DNA of 64,000 nucleotides, taken from an uncultured virus (IMG/VR IMGVR_UViG_3300020182_000024). Its lineage: Duplodnaviria; Heunggongvirae; Uroviricota; Caudoviricetes. The notes below the pieces were generated by a model, which ran no database searches, had not been told where the DNA came from, and saw only the letters and a program-made list of their open reading frames with translations. Position 1 is the first letter of the stretch. Every line of letters starts with the position of its first letter. Shown here piece by piece: positions 29,812-40,773 of this stretch. The stretch lies in the IMG/VR virus record IMGVR_UViG_3300020182_000024. One strand, 5' to 3'. Position numbers and translations under genes: made by a program.

Positions 29812-31582
29812 TCAAGATAACCTATCCTTATATGAAAAAGAGGATGGCACTATTGATGGCTATTGTAGATCAATTAAATGTGATGCAGGTGCATATAAAT
29901 CTCCTAAGAAGCTATCTGAGTCTTTCTTATCAGGAGAGTACGGTATTCCTGCACCATCTACTAATAAGACAACTAAAAGGCGAGAGACAGTGGTTAGGAA
30001 AGTTACAGCACATAAGAAACCAAAGCAGCCTATTACAGCAGAGCAGGGTAAAGCTATTTGGAGTAAAACATCTGCTAAAGGTAATGGCTTTAGAGGGCAG
30101 GATGATAGCATATTGAAAGAGTATGGTGTACGTACAGAGTATGATGAGAATACAGGGGGGGTTAAGAATAGATATTATCCAGTATTCAAAGATTTAAAAG
30201 GTGATGGTAAACGTAGTATTGTTTTATATAAACAACGTATTGTTATCCCAAAGAAAGATTTTAGAGCTATTGGTCTAAATGATGAGACAGTAGACTTATT
30301 TGGCGAGAGCCAGTGTAAGCCTAAGAAAGACAGTAAAATCCTCTTAGAAGCAGGGGAGGAAAATGTCTTAGCTGCTAAAAGGATGATACAGTTACATAAG
30401 AAACCTAATCATAAAGATATTGATGTGGTATGCTCTTCCCACTCTGAGAGTGCTCAGATGAAACAGATTCAAGCTAAGTATGATTTCTTTGATACTTATG
30501 ATGAAATTATTATATCTATGGATGAAGATGCTACTGGGTTATTGGCAGTAGAGAAACTTATTAGTATACTTCCAGAGGGTAAGGTTAAGATACTAAATAA
30601 GCAACATGGAGATGCAAATGATTATCTTACTAAAGGATTAACACGTGAATGGGTAGCAGACTTCTATAAAGCACAAAAACCTAAACTTGCAGGTATTACA
30701 GGGAGTTCTGAGTTATTAGAAGACATGTACAATAATATCTCTTTTGAGAAATGCCCACTTCCAGATTATATGTCAGAACTTAATGATATGTTAGAAGGAG
30801 GTTATGATTTTGGAACATTTAATATTATTGCTGGAGATACAAGTGTAGGTAAGACAACACATGTTAATGAGATATCCACTTACATAGTAGAAAAAGCTGT
30901 TTATAAACCTCTCATACTTAGTCTAGAAGCTAAGAAAAGTGTACTAGCAAAACAATACCTATCCTTATCACTAGGGACTAGATTAGGCAACTTTAAGTCT
31001 AAGGATGAATTAAAAGAATATATTGAAAAGCATAAACAAGAAGTAGATACCTTCCTTTACAGAGATGGAGAGAATACTTTTGAAGTTATTGATGATAGAG
31101 CTAGACTTACATCAATAGATGATACATTTAATATGATTGAAAGAGCTATTAGATCACTAGGATGTAGAGTTATTATTATTGACCCTGCATCTGATTTAAC
31201 AGACAGCCTTAGTAATGAACAGCAAGCTACCTTCAATAGTAGAATTAAAGCATTGATGGCTTCCCATAATGTGTGTATAATTGGAATTTATCATACTAGG
31301 AAACTAGATGGTACAAATAAGGATGGTAAGCGCAGAATAGAACCCAACCGTTATGATATTTATGGATCTAAAACTACAATTAATTCTGCTACTACTATTA
31401 CTCTAATATGGCGAGATGCAGGAGCAGAGGATGACGAAGAACGTAATACTACTTATGCCAGTTTAGATAAGAATAGAGATCATGCCGTTACAGGGAGAGC
31501 CGGAGAATGGATTTATGTGAAAGATAAGCATAGAGTTTATAATAAGAGAAAGTGGCTAGAAGATAAAGTAGAGGAATTTTAA
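29729..31582 (+). CDS. T7 gp4-like DNA primase-helicase
   Basis: Zn finger CIDC..C..C; TOPRIM EAGE..MDED..G; Walker A GDTSVGKT; IIIDP; H-T-R-K; KNR. Confidence 0.92.
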   Translation: MKRVDYVKDKNQSQGIWITNVPCIDCSSQDNLSLYEKEDGTIDGYCRSIKCDAGAYKSPKKLSESFLSGEYGIPAPSTNKTTKRRETVVRKVTAHKKPKQPITAEQGKAIWSKTSAKGNGFRGQDDSILKEYGVRTEYDENTGGVKNRYYPVFKDLKGDGKRSIVLYKQRIVIPKKDFRAIGLNDETVDLFGESQCKPKKDSKILLEAGEENVLAAKRMIQLHKKPNHKDIDVVCSSHSESAQMKQIQAKYDFFDTYDEIIISMDEDATGLLAVEKLISILPEGKVKILNKQHGDANDYLTKGLTREWVADFYKAQKPKLAGITGSSELLEDMYNNISFEKCPLPDYMSELNDMLEGGYDFGTFNIIAGDTSVGKTTHVNEISTYIVEKAVYKPLILSLEAKKSVLAKQYLSLSLGTRLGNFKSKDELKEYIEKHKQEVDTFLYRDGENTFEVIDDRARLTSIDDTFNMIERAIRSLGCRVIIIDPASDLTDSLSNEQQATFNSRIKALMASHNVCIIGIYHTRKLDGTNKDGKRRIEPNRYDIYGSKTTINSATTITLIWRDAGAEDDEERNTTYASLDKNRDHAVTGRAGEWIYVKDKHRVYNKRKWLEDKVEEF

Positions 31583-31583
31583 T

Positions 31584-31793
31584 ATGGCAGAGGATTATGG
31601 AATAACTTATTACCTAACAGCAGAAGATAAGAGATATCCAACATTAGTATTACAAGGTGATTTTGGAAGTGTTGGATATACCTTAAATAAAAAGACAGGC
31701 GAGCTTAGACGTATTTGTTTATGTGCAGCTTATAGTGAACACGAGTGTTGTTGTGGTGCTTGGGATTTAGATGATGAGAAATTATTAACTTAA
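31584..31793 (+). CDS. small Cys-rich protein
   Basis: CLCAA..ECCCGAW. Confidence 0.7.
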   Translation: MAEDYGITYYLTAEDKRYPTLVLQGDFGSVGYTLNKKTGELRRICLCAAYSEHECCCGAWDLDDEKLLT

Positions 31794-31802
31794 AGGTGTG
31801 GT

Positions 31803-34800
31803 ATGACTAACATTACAGGAGACATAGAGACTAATAATCTACTCAATAATGAGTCTATTAATTACAATGCTAGCCCATATTGTCTTAAAGATACTTATAA
31901 GACCCACTGTATTGTATTAGAGATACATGAGACTAATGAGATTATAGCCTTCTACGATGGCGATAAGTATATACTAGATGGTCGCGAGTTTATTGAGAAA
32001 GATGATAAATATACTTATGAGCTAAAAGATTATGAACCTATTAAATATACACATTATCAATTAGGTGAGTTCCCTAATTATATTAAAGGTATTAAGGATT
32101 TAAATAAGGTTATATTTCACAATGGGATTAACTTCGATTTTCTCTCTTGTAAACTTTATTTTGATATGGATTATACTATTGGTGGTTTAGATGGAGAGTC
32201 TGATACATGGTGTGGTAGAGAAGTAGATATTGTAGATACAATGATCTTATCTAAAACATTAAATAGTGATCGTTTCTGTGGGCATAGCTTAGATAAGTTA
32301 TCTAAAGTGGCTGGAGGTGCTGAAAAGATAGATTTTAGACCCCATGTACCTAAAAAAGATATGTACAATACATTTGCAGCGGATATGTTATACTATAACA
32401 TTTTTGATGTGAAGTCTAACACAGATGTATATAATTACTTAGAACATGAACGTACACAGGATGGTTGGGATTGGGATGCAGCTATTAGATTAGAGAAGAA
32501 AACGGCTGAAATAGTAACTCGCTCATCGCATCGTGGGTTCAAGTTTGATGTGAAGTTGGCTGAAAAGTGTATACATGAGTTAGACGAACTTATGTCAGAA
32601 CGTAGACAACGTGTAGAACCATTACTCCCACCTCGTGCAGCTACTAAGAAGTTCCTTAAAGAACATACACCTCCAGCATCACAAGTATTGACTAAGGATA
32701 TTACACTACCTAAGAAATTCTTTAATAAGGATTTAAGTTTATCTAAGACAGCTACATCTTGGTTAGAGAAGTGGGATGGTGAATATGATGATGATAAGAA
32801 GATTATTAAAGTGCAGGGTAACGTATTAAAGCGTGATACAACTACAGGCTTTCCAGAGGTAGCATTCACACAACAAACTGTAGCAGCACACATGGTTAAT
32901 TTTGTTAATAAACATAATGGTGTTATTAATGAAGATGATATGACAGTGGAGTTATTTGGAGAGGTTTATAAGCTGCCTGTTGCTGTTGAGCCGTTGAAGA
33001 CGACTATGGTTGCTGAAATAAAAAATACAACTCATATTAAAGAGTGGCTGGTATCTTTAGGATGGCAACCATCTGAATATAAGATGAAGGATATTACTCT
33101 AAAGTCTGGTACTAAGATTAAACGTGACTCAGAAGATTTAGAAAAAGCTGTAGATAGATATATTGCTGAAACACTAGAGTCAGAGTTTTGTAAAGATAGA
33201 TGCGCCCAGTTAAAAGCTAGACCTACTGAACATAGCCTGAAACGTATTATTATGGAAAAAGCTAATAAGTATGGATGTAAAGTATTGACCAGCCCCTCCT
33301 TCACAATCGGACAGGAAAAAGAACTATGTAAGGATTTAGAGCGTATCGCTGAGAGATTTCCTTATGTACAAGATATTGTAGAATACCTTACATATAAACA
33401 TAGACGTTCAAGTATTTTAGGCGGAGATGTAGATTGGGATAGTGATGAAGAGCCTGAAAAAGGGTATATGGCTCATGTAAGGGATGATGGCAGGATAGCT
33501 GCACCAGCAGATACTCTAGGTGCTGCAACAGGAAGAATGCGCCATAAGAATATTGTTAATGTCCCAAGAGTTTCTTCTCTATATGGCAAGGAAATGAGAT
33601 CCTTGTTTAAAGTAGAAGACGATTGCTTAAAAATTGGAAGCGATATGGCTAGTTTAGAAGCACGTCTTGAGGGACATTATTGTCATAAATATGATGTTGA
33701 AGGTAAACCTTATTGTAAATCCTTAACCTTATCTCAACCTAATGATGTACACTCATTGACTGCTAATTATATATCAAGTATTATAGGTAAAGATTTCTCA
33801 AGATCTAATGCTAAATCTGTTAAATACTCGTGCCTACCTGTAGAAAATACAGAGGTTCTGACAACTTCTGGTTGGAAGTATTATCATGAGTTATGTGAAG
33901 GAGATGAGATACTTAATTATAATGTTGACACGAATATGATCGAGAGGGATTTTATTTCTAAACTCCATTATTATAAAGATGCAGAAATAATGAAAGTAAG
34001 TAATAAGTTTTATGGTTTTGAAGCAACACCTGATCATAGATGGTATGGTTGGAATAGGAGAATGAAGGGTAGTGGAAAGACTGCAACTCGCTTCAATGAG
34101 TATAAATTCTTTACAACGGAAGAGATGAACTCCGAATATAATATTTTATGTGCAGCTCCCTATAAGGGTGGATCGTCTATTATTACCAAAGATGAGAGTG
34201 CATTAGTAGCTTGGCTATTATCAGATGGTTACTATTTCTGGTCAGATAGGAGTGAGACTACCTCTGCGAGTAATGGCAGACTTAAAGGGATAGTTGCCAG
34301 TATATCTCAATCTAAGAATAAGTTTTATAAAGAAGTTGAACAAATATTGGGAATTAATAATATAGAGTATACTAAAGATTTCTATAAGAAAGATAATGGA
34401 AATGATGTTTATACTTATAGATTAAAAAGTAATGATATAAGAGATTTTATGGGTAGAGTTGTAAAATCTAGGAATCAGAAACATGAAGTAGATTGGGCAT
34501 CTTGGGTACTCGATTTAAGTAAGGATGCTTTAGATTCTTTTATCTATAATTTCTGGTTAGCAGATGGTGCATCTAAAGGGATGGAATTTAATAAATGCAC
34601 TAAAATATATCAAAATGAAGGGAAAATAGCGGATGCAGTTGCCTTGGCACTTTACTTACAAGGCAATCGGATATCTATTACTGATCATACACAAGAAAAG
34701 AAATGTAAGAATATTACTCAATTAAGGTTGTCCCATTTTGGCATGGGAAATACTAAAAAAGAGATGATAGAGAATAAGGATGTATTTTGTTTAACTGCAC

Positions 34801-35603
34801 CTAATAGTACTTTTATATTTAGACAAAACGGATTTATAAGTATTACAGGTAATTGCACATTTGGAGGAGGTGCGTCTAAGATTGCTAATATTATTGGAGA
34901 ATCTAGTTCTGTGGGTGAGATAGTTTTTGATTCATTTTGGAAATCAGCGGCACCCCTTACTAAGTTAAAGGTTGCTGTAGAGAAATGGTGGGAAGCTAAA
35001 GGCAATAGGAAGTTTATAAAGGGCTTAGATGGGAGGCAAGTTAGAACTAGATTTAAACATGCACTATTAAATTCTTTGTTACAGTCAGGTGGTGCTATTG
35101 CTACTAAAACTATGGCTGTATTTCACGATCAGTTATTAACAGAAGAAGGATTACAAATTGACTTCTTTAAAGATGATTGGAAGAATACAGAGTTTAATCA
35201 ACTTATGATTATTATGCATGATGAGATAGCATTAGAGGAGTCTAAAAGTAGGTTCAAATTTAAAAAGTTTAACAGTGAAGAAGATGCCTTGACATTCTCT
35301 AAAGAAGATGATAGAATATGGAGTGAGGTAATAGAAGGTAAAAATAATACTTACTTTCTTAATATTGACGGTATAAACGATTCTCAATTATATAAGACTA
35401 AAGGAGAGGCTAAGTCTGCATTTAAAAGGATAGAAGGTAAGTGTAAGGTGTTACCATCTATAGGAAATTTGTATTATTTAGCACATACTAAAGCTGGAGA
35501 GTTAATATCTAAAGCTGTGGAGATGACTAATAATCATTATAAACTAAAAGTACCCTTGGAGATGGGGTATGCTGTGGGAGTGTCGTGGGCTGATACACAT
35601 TAA
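31803..35603 (+). CDS. family A DNA polymerase with 3'-5' exonuclease and intein
   Basis: DIET, HNGINFD, TGRMRH, DMASLEAR, RSNAKSVKYS|CTFG, LNSLLQS, MHDE, SWADTH. Confidence 0.95.
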   Translation: MTNITGDIETNNLLNNESINYNASPYCLKDTYKTHCIVLEIHETNEIIAFYDGDKYILDGREFIEKDDKYTYELKDYEPIKYTHYQLGEFPNYIKGIKDLNKVIFHNGINFDFLSCKLYFDMDYTIGGLDGESDTWCGREVDIVDTMILSKTLNSDRFCGHSLDKLSKVAGGAEKIDFRPHVPKKDMYNTFAADMLYYNIFDVKSNTDVYNYLEHERTQDGWDWDAAIRLEKKTAEIVTRSSHRGFKFDVKLAEKCIHELDELMSERRQRVEPLLPPRAATKKFLKEHTPPASQVLTKDITLPKKFFNKDLSLSKTATSWLEKWDGEYDDDKKIIKVQGNVLKRDTTTGFPEVAFTQQTVAAHMVNFVNKHNGVINEDDMTVELFGEVYKLPVAVEPLKTTMVAEIKNTTHIKEWLVSLGWQPSEYKMKDITLKSGTKIKRDSEDLEKAVDRYIAETLESEFCKDRCAQLKARPTEHSLKRIIMEKANKYGCKVLTSPSFTIGQEKELCKDLERIAERFPYVQDIVEYLTYKHRRSSILGGDVDWDSDEEPEKGYMAHVRDDGRIAAPADTLGAATGRMRHKNIVNVPRVSSLYGKEMRSLFKVEDDCLKIGSDMASLEARLEGHYCHKYDVEGKPYCKSLTLSQPNDVHSLTANYISSIIGKDFSRSNAKSVKYSCLPVENTEVLTTSGWKYYHELCEGDEILNYNVDTNMIERDFISKLHYYKDAEIMKVSNKFYGFEATPDHRWYGWNRRMKGSGKTATRFNEYKFFTTEEMNSEYNILCAAPYKGGSSIITKDESALVAWLLSDGYYFWSDRSETTSASNGRLKGIVASISQSKNKFYKEVEQILGINNIEYTKDFYKKDNGNDVYTYRLKSNDIRDFMGRVVKSRNQKHEVDWASWVLDLSKDALDSFIYNFWLADGASKGMEFNKCTKIYQNEGKIADAVALALYLQGNRISITDHTQEKKCKNITQLRLSHFGMGNTKKEMIENKDVFCLTAPNSTFIFRQNGFISITGNCTFGGGASKIANIIGESSSVGEIVFDSFWKSAAPLTKLKVAVEKWWEAKGNRKFIKGLDGRQVRTRFKHALLNSLLQSGGAIATKTMAVFHDQLLTEEGLQIDFFKDDWKNTEFNQLMIIMHDEIALEESKSRFKFKKFNSEEDALTFSKEDDRIWSEVIEGKNNTYFLNIDGINDSQLYKTKGEAKSAFKRIEGKCKVLPSIGNLYYLAHTKAGELISKAVEMTNNHYKLKVPLEMGYAVGVSWADTH
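33831..34853 (+). mobile_element. intein (341 aa) with LAGLIDADG-type motifs
   Basis: CLPVENTEVLTTSGW..TPDH..WLLSDG..FWLADG..VFCLT..ITGN followed by Cys+1. Confidence 0.93.
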
Positions 35604-35641
35604 TGGTGAATACACCTACCTTAACAAAATAGAGGACTAAC

Positions 35642-36838
35642 ATGAAAATTAAAGCCAAGTACGATAACGCAACTGAGAATGCTATTAGGAAGTTTGATGA
35701 GTTACATGAAGCATTAGTAAGTATAAAGACTGAAAACTCTTTATCTCATAGTAAACTCACATATAATATAGAAGCACTGGATGAGAAACTAAAACATATA
35801 GTTTATAATGCAATTCCCATCTCATTAGAAATAGAATGGGAAGAAGGGGATGATGAAATTAAATCTTTATACGAGGATAAATTATGACTAAGAAATATAT
35901 GACAGTTGTATTCGAATATGAAGAAGGGGCTAACCTCCCTATGAATCTAACCACAGCTTTTAGTAGTTATGATAAGAAATATGAAGATACAACTATAAAG
36001 GCTATTAGCTTAGAAGATGAGATTAGTAGAGTTGAACAATTAGAAATGGAGTACGGGTATGAGTGATAAATATAAAGTAGGGGATAAGTTACAAGGTGTA
36101 TTCGTAGTAGAGGATTATTATGATGGTTATTTTTCTCTAGTTATCACAGGATTGAAAGATGAAGATGATGAGGATTGGTCAATAACGGGTTTAACATCTG
36201 AACAATTAGATGGAATGTTTGATCCTAATTATAAAGAGCGTAAACTAATGAAAATTATTAAAGAAGCAGAGGTACAACTTAAACAGATTAGAGGAGAGAA
36301 GAGTGAGTAATGAATTTCTATCACAAACCCCTATTAATGGTTTTCCATTAGAAAAGGGATCACAACATGCTTTGAAATTAGATTTTAAATGGCTATCAAG
36401 GCAGTTAAAGAACGGGGGCGTTATGAAGCATAATGAGATTATGAGTCAGATTAACATTACAGAAGATTGTATCATGCTGTATGTTAAAGATAAGGGGAGT
36501 AAGTTATGAATAGTGTTACCCAGTTAATAAATAGTTATATAGGATCGGAAGATACTATCATATTGTTACATCCAGATGACTTTGAGGATAAATTTAAAGA
36601 GGTAGTCCAATCAAAAAATATGTATGATTTACCTATCCATGATATTAACCACCTAGAGTTAGATAAGCATACTAACTTAGCATTACTCACTTTTAGGCAT
36701 ATGTTAAGTAATAAAGGTAATAGATGTGTTAGGATAGCGCATAACATGGGTGGAGAAGATAATATGATTAGAGGTATAGCCGTAGAGATAAATAAATTTG
36801 GAATTAGATTAATTAACTTAAATAAAGAGGAAGTGTAA
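35642..36838 (+). other. five small hypothetical CDS
   Basis: Coupled ORFs 35642-35887, 35884-36066, 36059-36310, 36303-36509, 36506-36838. Confidence 0.75.
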
Positions 36839-36839
36839 A

Positions 36840-37994
36840 ATGGGTTTTAAAGTAGCGGGTAAGAAAAAGAGTACAGAATCTCCTATTGATTGGGAATATG
36901 TCAATTCACAGATTGAAGAAGGATCTTATGATGCACGTATTGCAGCAGTGGTGGATCTAGGTGAACACCATCAAGGTATGAAGGTTACAGATAAAGGAAT
37001 CACTGTCTTAGACAATGAAGAGGATGCTTTTAACCTTATTAATAAAGTAGCCGGTTTTGTACGTGAAGAAGAACTAGAGAAGAAAGGGTGGAATGCGTTT
37101 GAAGAACTAGATACACCTATGTATAAACTTGACTTTAAAGTTGTACAAGATAAGTGGGTGTTCCCTACAACAGATGAAAAGGATAACTCTACATTTGTTA
37201 AGACAGAGGAAGAAGCAGAAGAGTTACTAGCTAAAGCTAAACAACTGGACAAGTATGGTAATCTAGCCAAAGCAGGTGTTAGTGGTTATACAACTATTGA
37301 AACTCCTTTTGTCCTACCATTTAATATATTTGATGGCGGTGTCGAGAATGAGTTTACATTAGTATCAGATTTAGTAGACTTGGATGTAGAGTATATTAAA
37401 GGAGAAGGCGCACACAACTATCGTGTTCACTTCTGTAAACCATTCAAGGATGTATATAAAGGTTTTCCTGTATTAGAGAAATATGATACTAAATCAACAG
37501 TATCTAAAATCTGTAAGGCTACAGGGAATAAACATATCTTAGAAGATACGTCTAAGTTAGGTGAACTGGTTAATGGTACATATTTCCAAGTATTAGAAAA
37601 GAATGATGAAGGTTATATTAAGGCTACTAAGGACTTCGGTACACCTCGCCCTAAAGATGAAATTGCACCATTAAATATTGAAGGATTCCCAGAGGGTGTA
37701 GTAATTACATTTGAGGATGCTACAGTTGAAAAGTTAGAGGCTATTAAATTAAACTACTCTACACTAGAGAAGATTAAATCAGCTATTAACTACCCCAACT
37801 CTCAAATGCAGAAAGCTATTGAAGAATGGGAAGCAACACGAGGTCAAGATACATCTAAATCTAAGGATGCCGTAGAAGATGAAGAAGAATCAAAGGTTGA
37901 TGATACGCCTAAGAAAGCTACAAAGGTTGCAAAGAAGAAGGCGAGCAAGCCTGAACCTGAAGTAGATGAAGATGATGACTGCCCATTTGATTAA
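36840..37994 (+). CDS. putative ssDNA-binding / recombination protein
   Basis: G.Y.ARIAAVVDLG N-terminus; acidic tail ending DDDCPFD; lies between polymerase and exonuclease. Confidence 0.6.
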   Translation: MGFKVAGKKKSTESPIDWEYVNSQIEEGSYDARIAAVVDLGEHHQGMKVTDKGITVLDNEEDAFNLINKVAGFVREEELEKKGWNAFEELDTPMYKLDFKVVQDKWVFPTTDEKDNSTFVKTEEEAEELLAKAKQLDKYGNLAKAGVSGYTTIETPFVLPFNIFDGGVENEFTLVSDLVDLDVEYIKGEGAHNYRVHFCKPFKDVYKGFPVLEKYDTKSTVSKICKATGNKHILEDTSKLGELVNGTYFQVLEKNDEGYIKATKDFGTPRPKDEIAPLNIEGFPEGVVITFEDATVEKLEAIKLNYSTLEKIKSAINYPNSQMQKAIEEWEATRGQDTSKSKDAVEDEEESKVDDTPKKATKVAKKKASKPEPEVDEDDDCPFD

Positions 37995-37999
37995 TGGGG

Positions 38000-38018
38000 A
38001 AGGGGTGAAAGCCCCTTT
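38000..38018 (+). terminator. intrinsic terminator
   Basis: AAGGGG-tgaaag-CCCCTT followed by T-rich sequence. Confidence 0.55.
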
Positions 38019-38040
38019 GTATTTATAAATAGGAGGATGT

Positions 38041-39159
38041 ATGGGATTAGTAGCTAAGAATAGGACTAGTAAAAAAGATAAGATAGGTGAGGCACTAAAT
38101 AAAGATAATAATCTAACTGCTATCATAGACGGGGATTATATTATATTCAAGTCCTCTGCCGTTGCAGATGAACATTTTATAACAGCTACACATATTAAAT
38201 CTAATACTAGTAAAGAATTTAAGAATGTAACAGAATTTAAAGGTAGGGGTAAAGTATTAGGAGGTTGGCTAGCTGAGAAGAATGAGGAACGTATTAAGAA
38301 AAATAAACCACCATTAGCACTTGAAGATTTCACTATAGTTAAAGGCGTTAGACGTGAGAAGAAAGAAGATGTAGATGGTAACACACTTACAGATGAAGAG
38401 ACATTAGCCCATTATTTTTATAGTGCTAGAACAATGCTCACATCTGTATTAAAAGAATTAGGTGCTAGTGATTATATAATGTACGTTGGGGGTAATGAAG
38501 AGTTTAGATTAAATAAGTCTAAATTGATGAAGTATAAAGGTAATCGAGATGATGTGCAGAAACCTATTATCTTTAAAGAGATGAGACAGTATGCTATAGA
38601 CCACTTAGGAGCTAAAGTAGTTGAAGGTATCGAGGTGGATGACCAAGTGATTATAGATGCTTACGGTAAAGATAATCATGTTGTAGTGGCTATTGATAAA
38701 GATGCTATGGCACAACCTGTGAAAGTGTTTAATCCAGATAAGAGTGACTTAGGTATTCTTAATTGTGCATCACTGGGAGAGTTAGAGTTAGATACTAAGA
38801 GAAAGATACGAGGGTATGGTTATAAGTTTATGTTAACTCAATTAGTATTAGGTGATAAAGCTGATAATTACTCTCCAACATATAAATCGGATATTAAGTT
38901 TGGAGATGTTAAGGCTTATGAATTATTACATGATATCTCCAGTGAGAAAGAAGGGTTAGAACGTGTAATTGAGCAGTATAAATTATTCTATCCTGAACCT
39001 ATTGTAACAGAAGATTGGCAAGGGAATCCTATGCAGATAAATTGGTTGAGTGTACTGGAGGAGGTATTTCAGATGGTTAATATGCAGAGAGTAGAGAATG
39101 ATACTAGGAGTATATTTACAGAGTTTACCAAGTATAACGTGGAATACACTTATGAATAA
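38041..39159 (+). CDS. 5'-3' exonuclease / RNase H (T7 gp6-like)
   Basis: IIDGD, YKGNR, EVDD, IDKD, GDKADNY. Confidence 0.9.
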   Translation: MGLVAKNRTSKKDKIGEALNKDNNLTAIIDGDYIIFKSSAVADEHFITATHIKSNTSKEFKNVTEFKGRGKVLGGWLAEKNEERIKKNKPPLALEDFTIVKGVRREKKEDVDGNTLTDEETLAHYFYSARTMLTSVLKELGASDYIMYVGGNEEFRLNKSKLMKYKGNRDDVQKPIIFKEMRQYAIDHLGAKVVEGIEVDDQVIIDAYGKDNHVVVAIDKDAMAQPVKVFNPDKSDLGILNCASLGELELDTKRKIRGYGYKFMLTQLVLGDKADNYSPTYKSDIKFGDVKAYELLHDISSEKEGLERVIEQYKLFYPEPIVTEDWQGNPMQINWLSVLEEVFQMVNMQRVENDTRSIFTEFTKYNVEYTYE

Positions 39160-39430
39160 ACAACAAGCAATAGATAATATAATGGATAACTTCGACTTCT
39201 ATAAAGTATGGAAAATGATGCAACATAATAAGGATTTCTGGATACACCATGCAGTAGATAATAGTGAGAGTGTATTAAGAGTTTGGGTTAGAGGAGAATT
39301 ACAAAGTTTAGATTTAGTAAGAAATAATTATGAGACAGGAGGTTTTGCTTTTAAATATGAAGTAGAGGGTGATAAACACTATATGAGTTTACAATTCATA
39401 GGTGAAAGTTGGGATAATTATTGGGATTAA
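39152..39430 (+). CDS. hypothetical protein
   Basis: Probable start MNKQQ overlapping the exonuclease stop. Confidence 0.7.
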   Translation: MNKQQAIDNIMDNFDFYKVWKMMQHNKDFWIHHAVDNSESVLRVWVRGELQSLDLVRNNYETGGFAFKYEVEGDKHYMSLQFIGESWDNYWD

Positions 39431-39433
39431 ATT

Positions 39434-39796
39434 ATGAGTAAATTAGAGCAAGAATTTAATAATATGGTATCTATCCTAGTTAAATCTGGAGAGGATATCT
39501 TACAAGAATTAACTCCAAAGCAGTCACATTTATTACATATGGCTGTAGGTGTATCTGGGGAGTCTGGTGAATTATTAGATGCTATTAAGAAGCACACTAT
39601 CTATCAGAAAGAATTAGACTTAGTAAATGTAATTGAAGAAATAGGAGATATTTACTTCTACCTACAAGGTATCGAAGCTGCGTTAGGGTTAACAAGAGAA
39701 GAAATACTACGAAGGAATATTAATAAACTTAGTGAGAGATATAGTGAAGGTAGTTATAGTAATGAGCAAGCTAAGAGGAGGGCTGATAAGGTATGA
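39434..39796 (+). CDS. MazG-like nucleotide pyrophosphohydrolase
   Basis: GESGELLDAIKK..EEIGDI..Y..N..KL..RY. Confidence 0.88.
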   Translation: MSKLEQEFNNMVSILVKSGEDILQELTPKQSHLLHMAVGVSGESGELLDAIKKHTIYQKELDLVNVIEEIGDIYFYLQGIEAALGLTREEILRRNINKLSERYSEGSYSNEQAKRRADKV

Positions 39797-40323
39797 GTAA
39801 GAAACTTTGGGAATTATACCCAGACATTTGGCCTACTAAATCTTCCTTCTTTACATTCTTACGTGGATCATTAAGACGTGCTGTATGGGAGAAGTACCCA
39901 GTTAAATTACAGTTTAAAAATGAGCAATGTGATACACCGCCTGTAGGATATACAGGGAGGGCTAAATCTGGGACTAATTGTGCATTAACAGGAGAATGGG
40001 AGGGAAAGAGTAAACTAGAAGTAGATCACATCAAGGGCAATGTAAGCCTACAGGATTGGGAGGATGTATTACCATTTGTTCAACATTTGTGTGCATCCAA
40101 GGATAATCTACAATTAGTAACTAAAGCAGCCCATAAGATTAAGAGTTATGCAGATAGGATGGGTATTACATTTGAGGATGCTAGTGTTATTAAGGAAGCT
40201 ATATCTATTTGTAAGATTAAAGGTAATGATAAGGTGTGGTTAGAAGCTAATGATATTGTTCCAGATACTAATGCAACTAAACGCAGAAAGCAGATTGAAG
40301 ATAAATTGAGGAGTGATATATGA
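39793..40323 (+). CDS. HNH-family endonuclease
   Basis: EVDHI..NLQLV...H..K. Confidence 0.8.
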   Translation: MSKKLWELYPDIWPTKSSFFTFLRGSLRRAVWEKYPVKLQFKNEQCDTPPVGYTGRAKSGTNCALTGEWEGKSKLEVDHIKGNVSLQDWEDVLPFVQHLCASKDNLQLVTKAAHKIKSYADRMGITFEDASVIKEAISICKIKGNDKVWLEANDIVPDTNATKRRKQIEDKLRSDI

Positions 40324-40773
40324 GTGAACTAGATTTAGTAAATGGAATATGGCTACGTGTACTAAATTGTAAAGTAGTAGGAGACAGTATAATAATATTT
40401 CATAATGAGGGTATATTATACAAACTAGAACATGTTGATGTCACATACTATAAAGATGCAGCTATTAAGTTTCTTAAAGATAGAGGCACTACATTTGAAG
40501 AATTGGTAGGGGAGAGTTGATATGGGTTTATGGGATGGGATATTTAAGTCTGATATATTAGGTGTAGAGCGTATGCGTTTTACAGTGCATGATATTGAAG
40601 AGGGTAGGACTAAAAATGTATTTATAGGAGCGTACGATAAAGGTAGTAGTCTACATTCAGGTTTACCACCAAGTGATGCTGTTACATTCGGTATGTGTGA
40701 AATGATAGGAGAATTACAACAAGAAGTATCTGATCTAAGATCACAATTAAATACAATTAGGAAGAATATATGA
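40320..40773 (+). other. two small hypothetical CDS
   Basis: ORFs 40320-40520 and 40522-40773. Confidence 0.7.

Noticed and set aside
32171..35005. Minus-strand ORFs inside the polymerase, and similar shadow ORFs in nrdA/B, the tape measure and sheath genes
   Set aside because: Antisense shadows of well-supported genes with no RBS or motifs.
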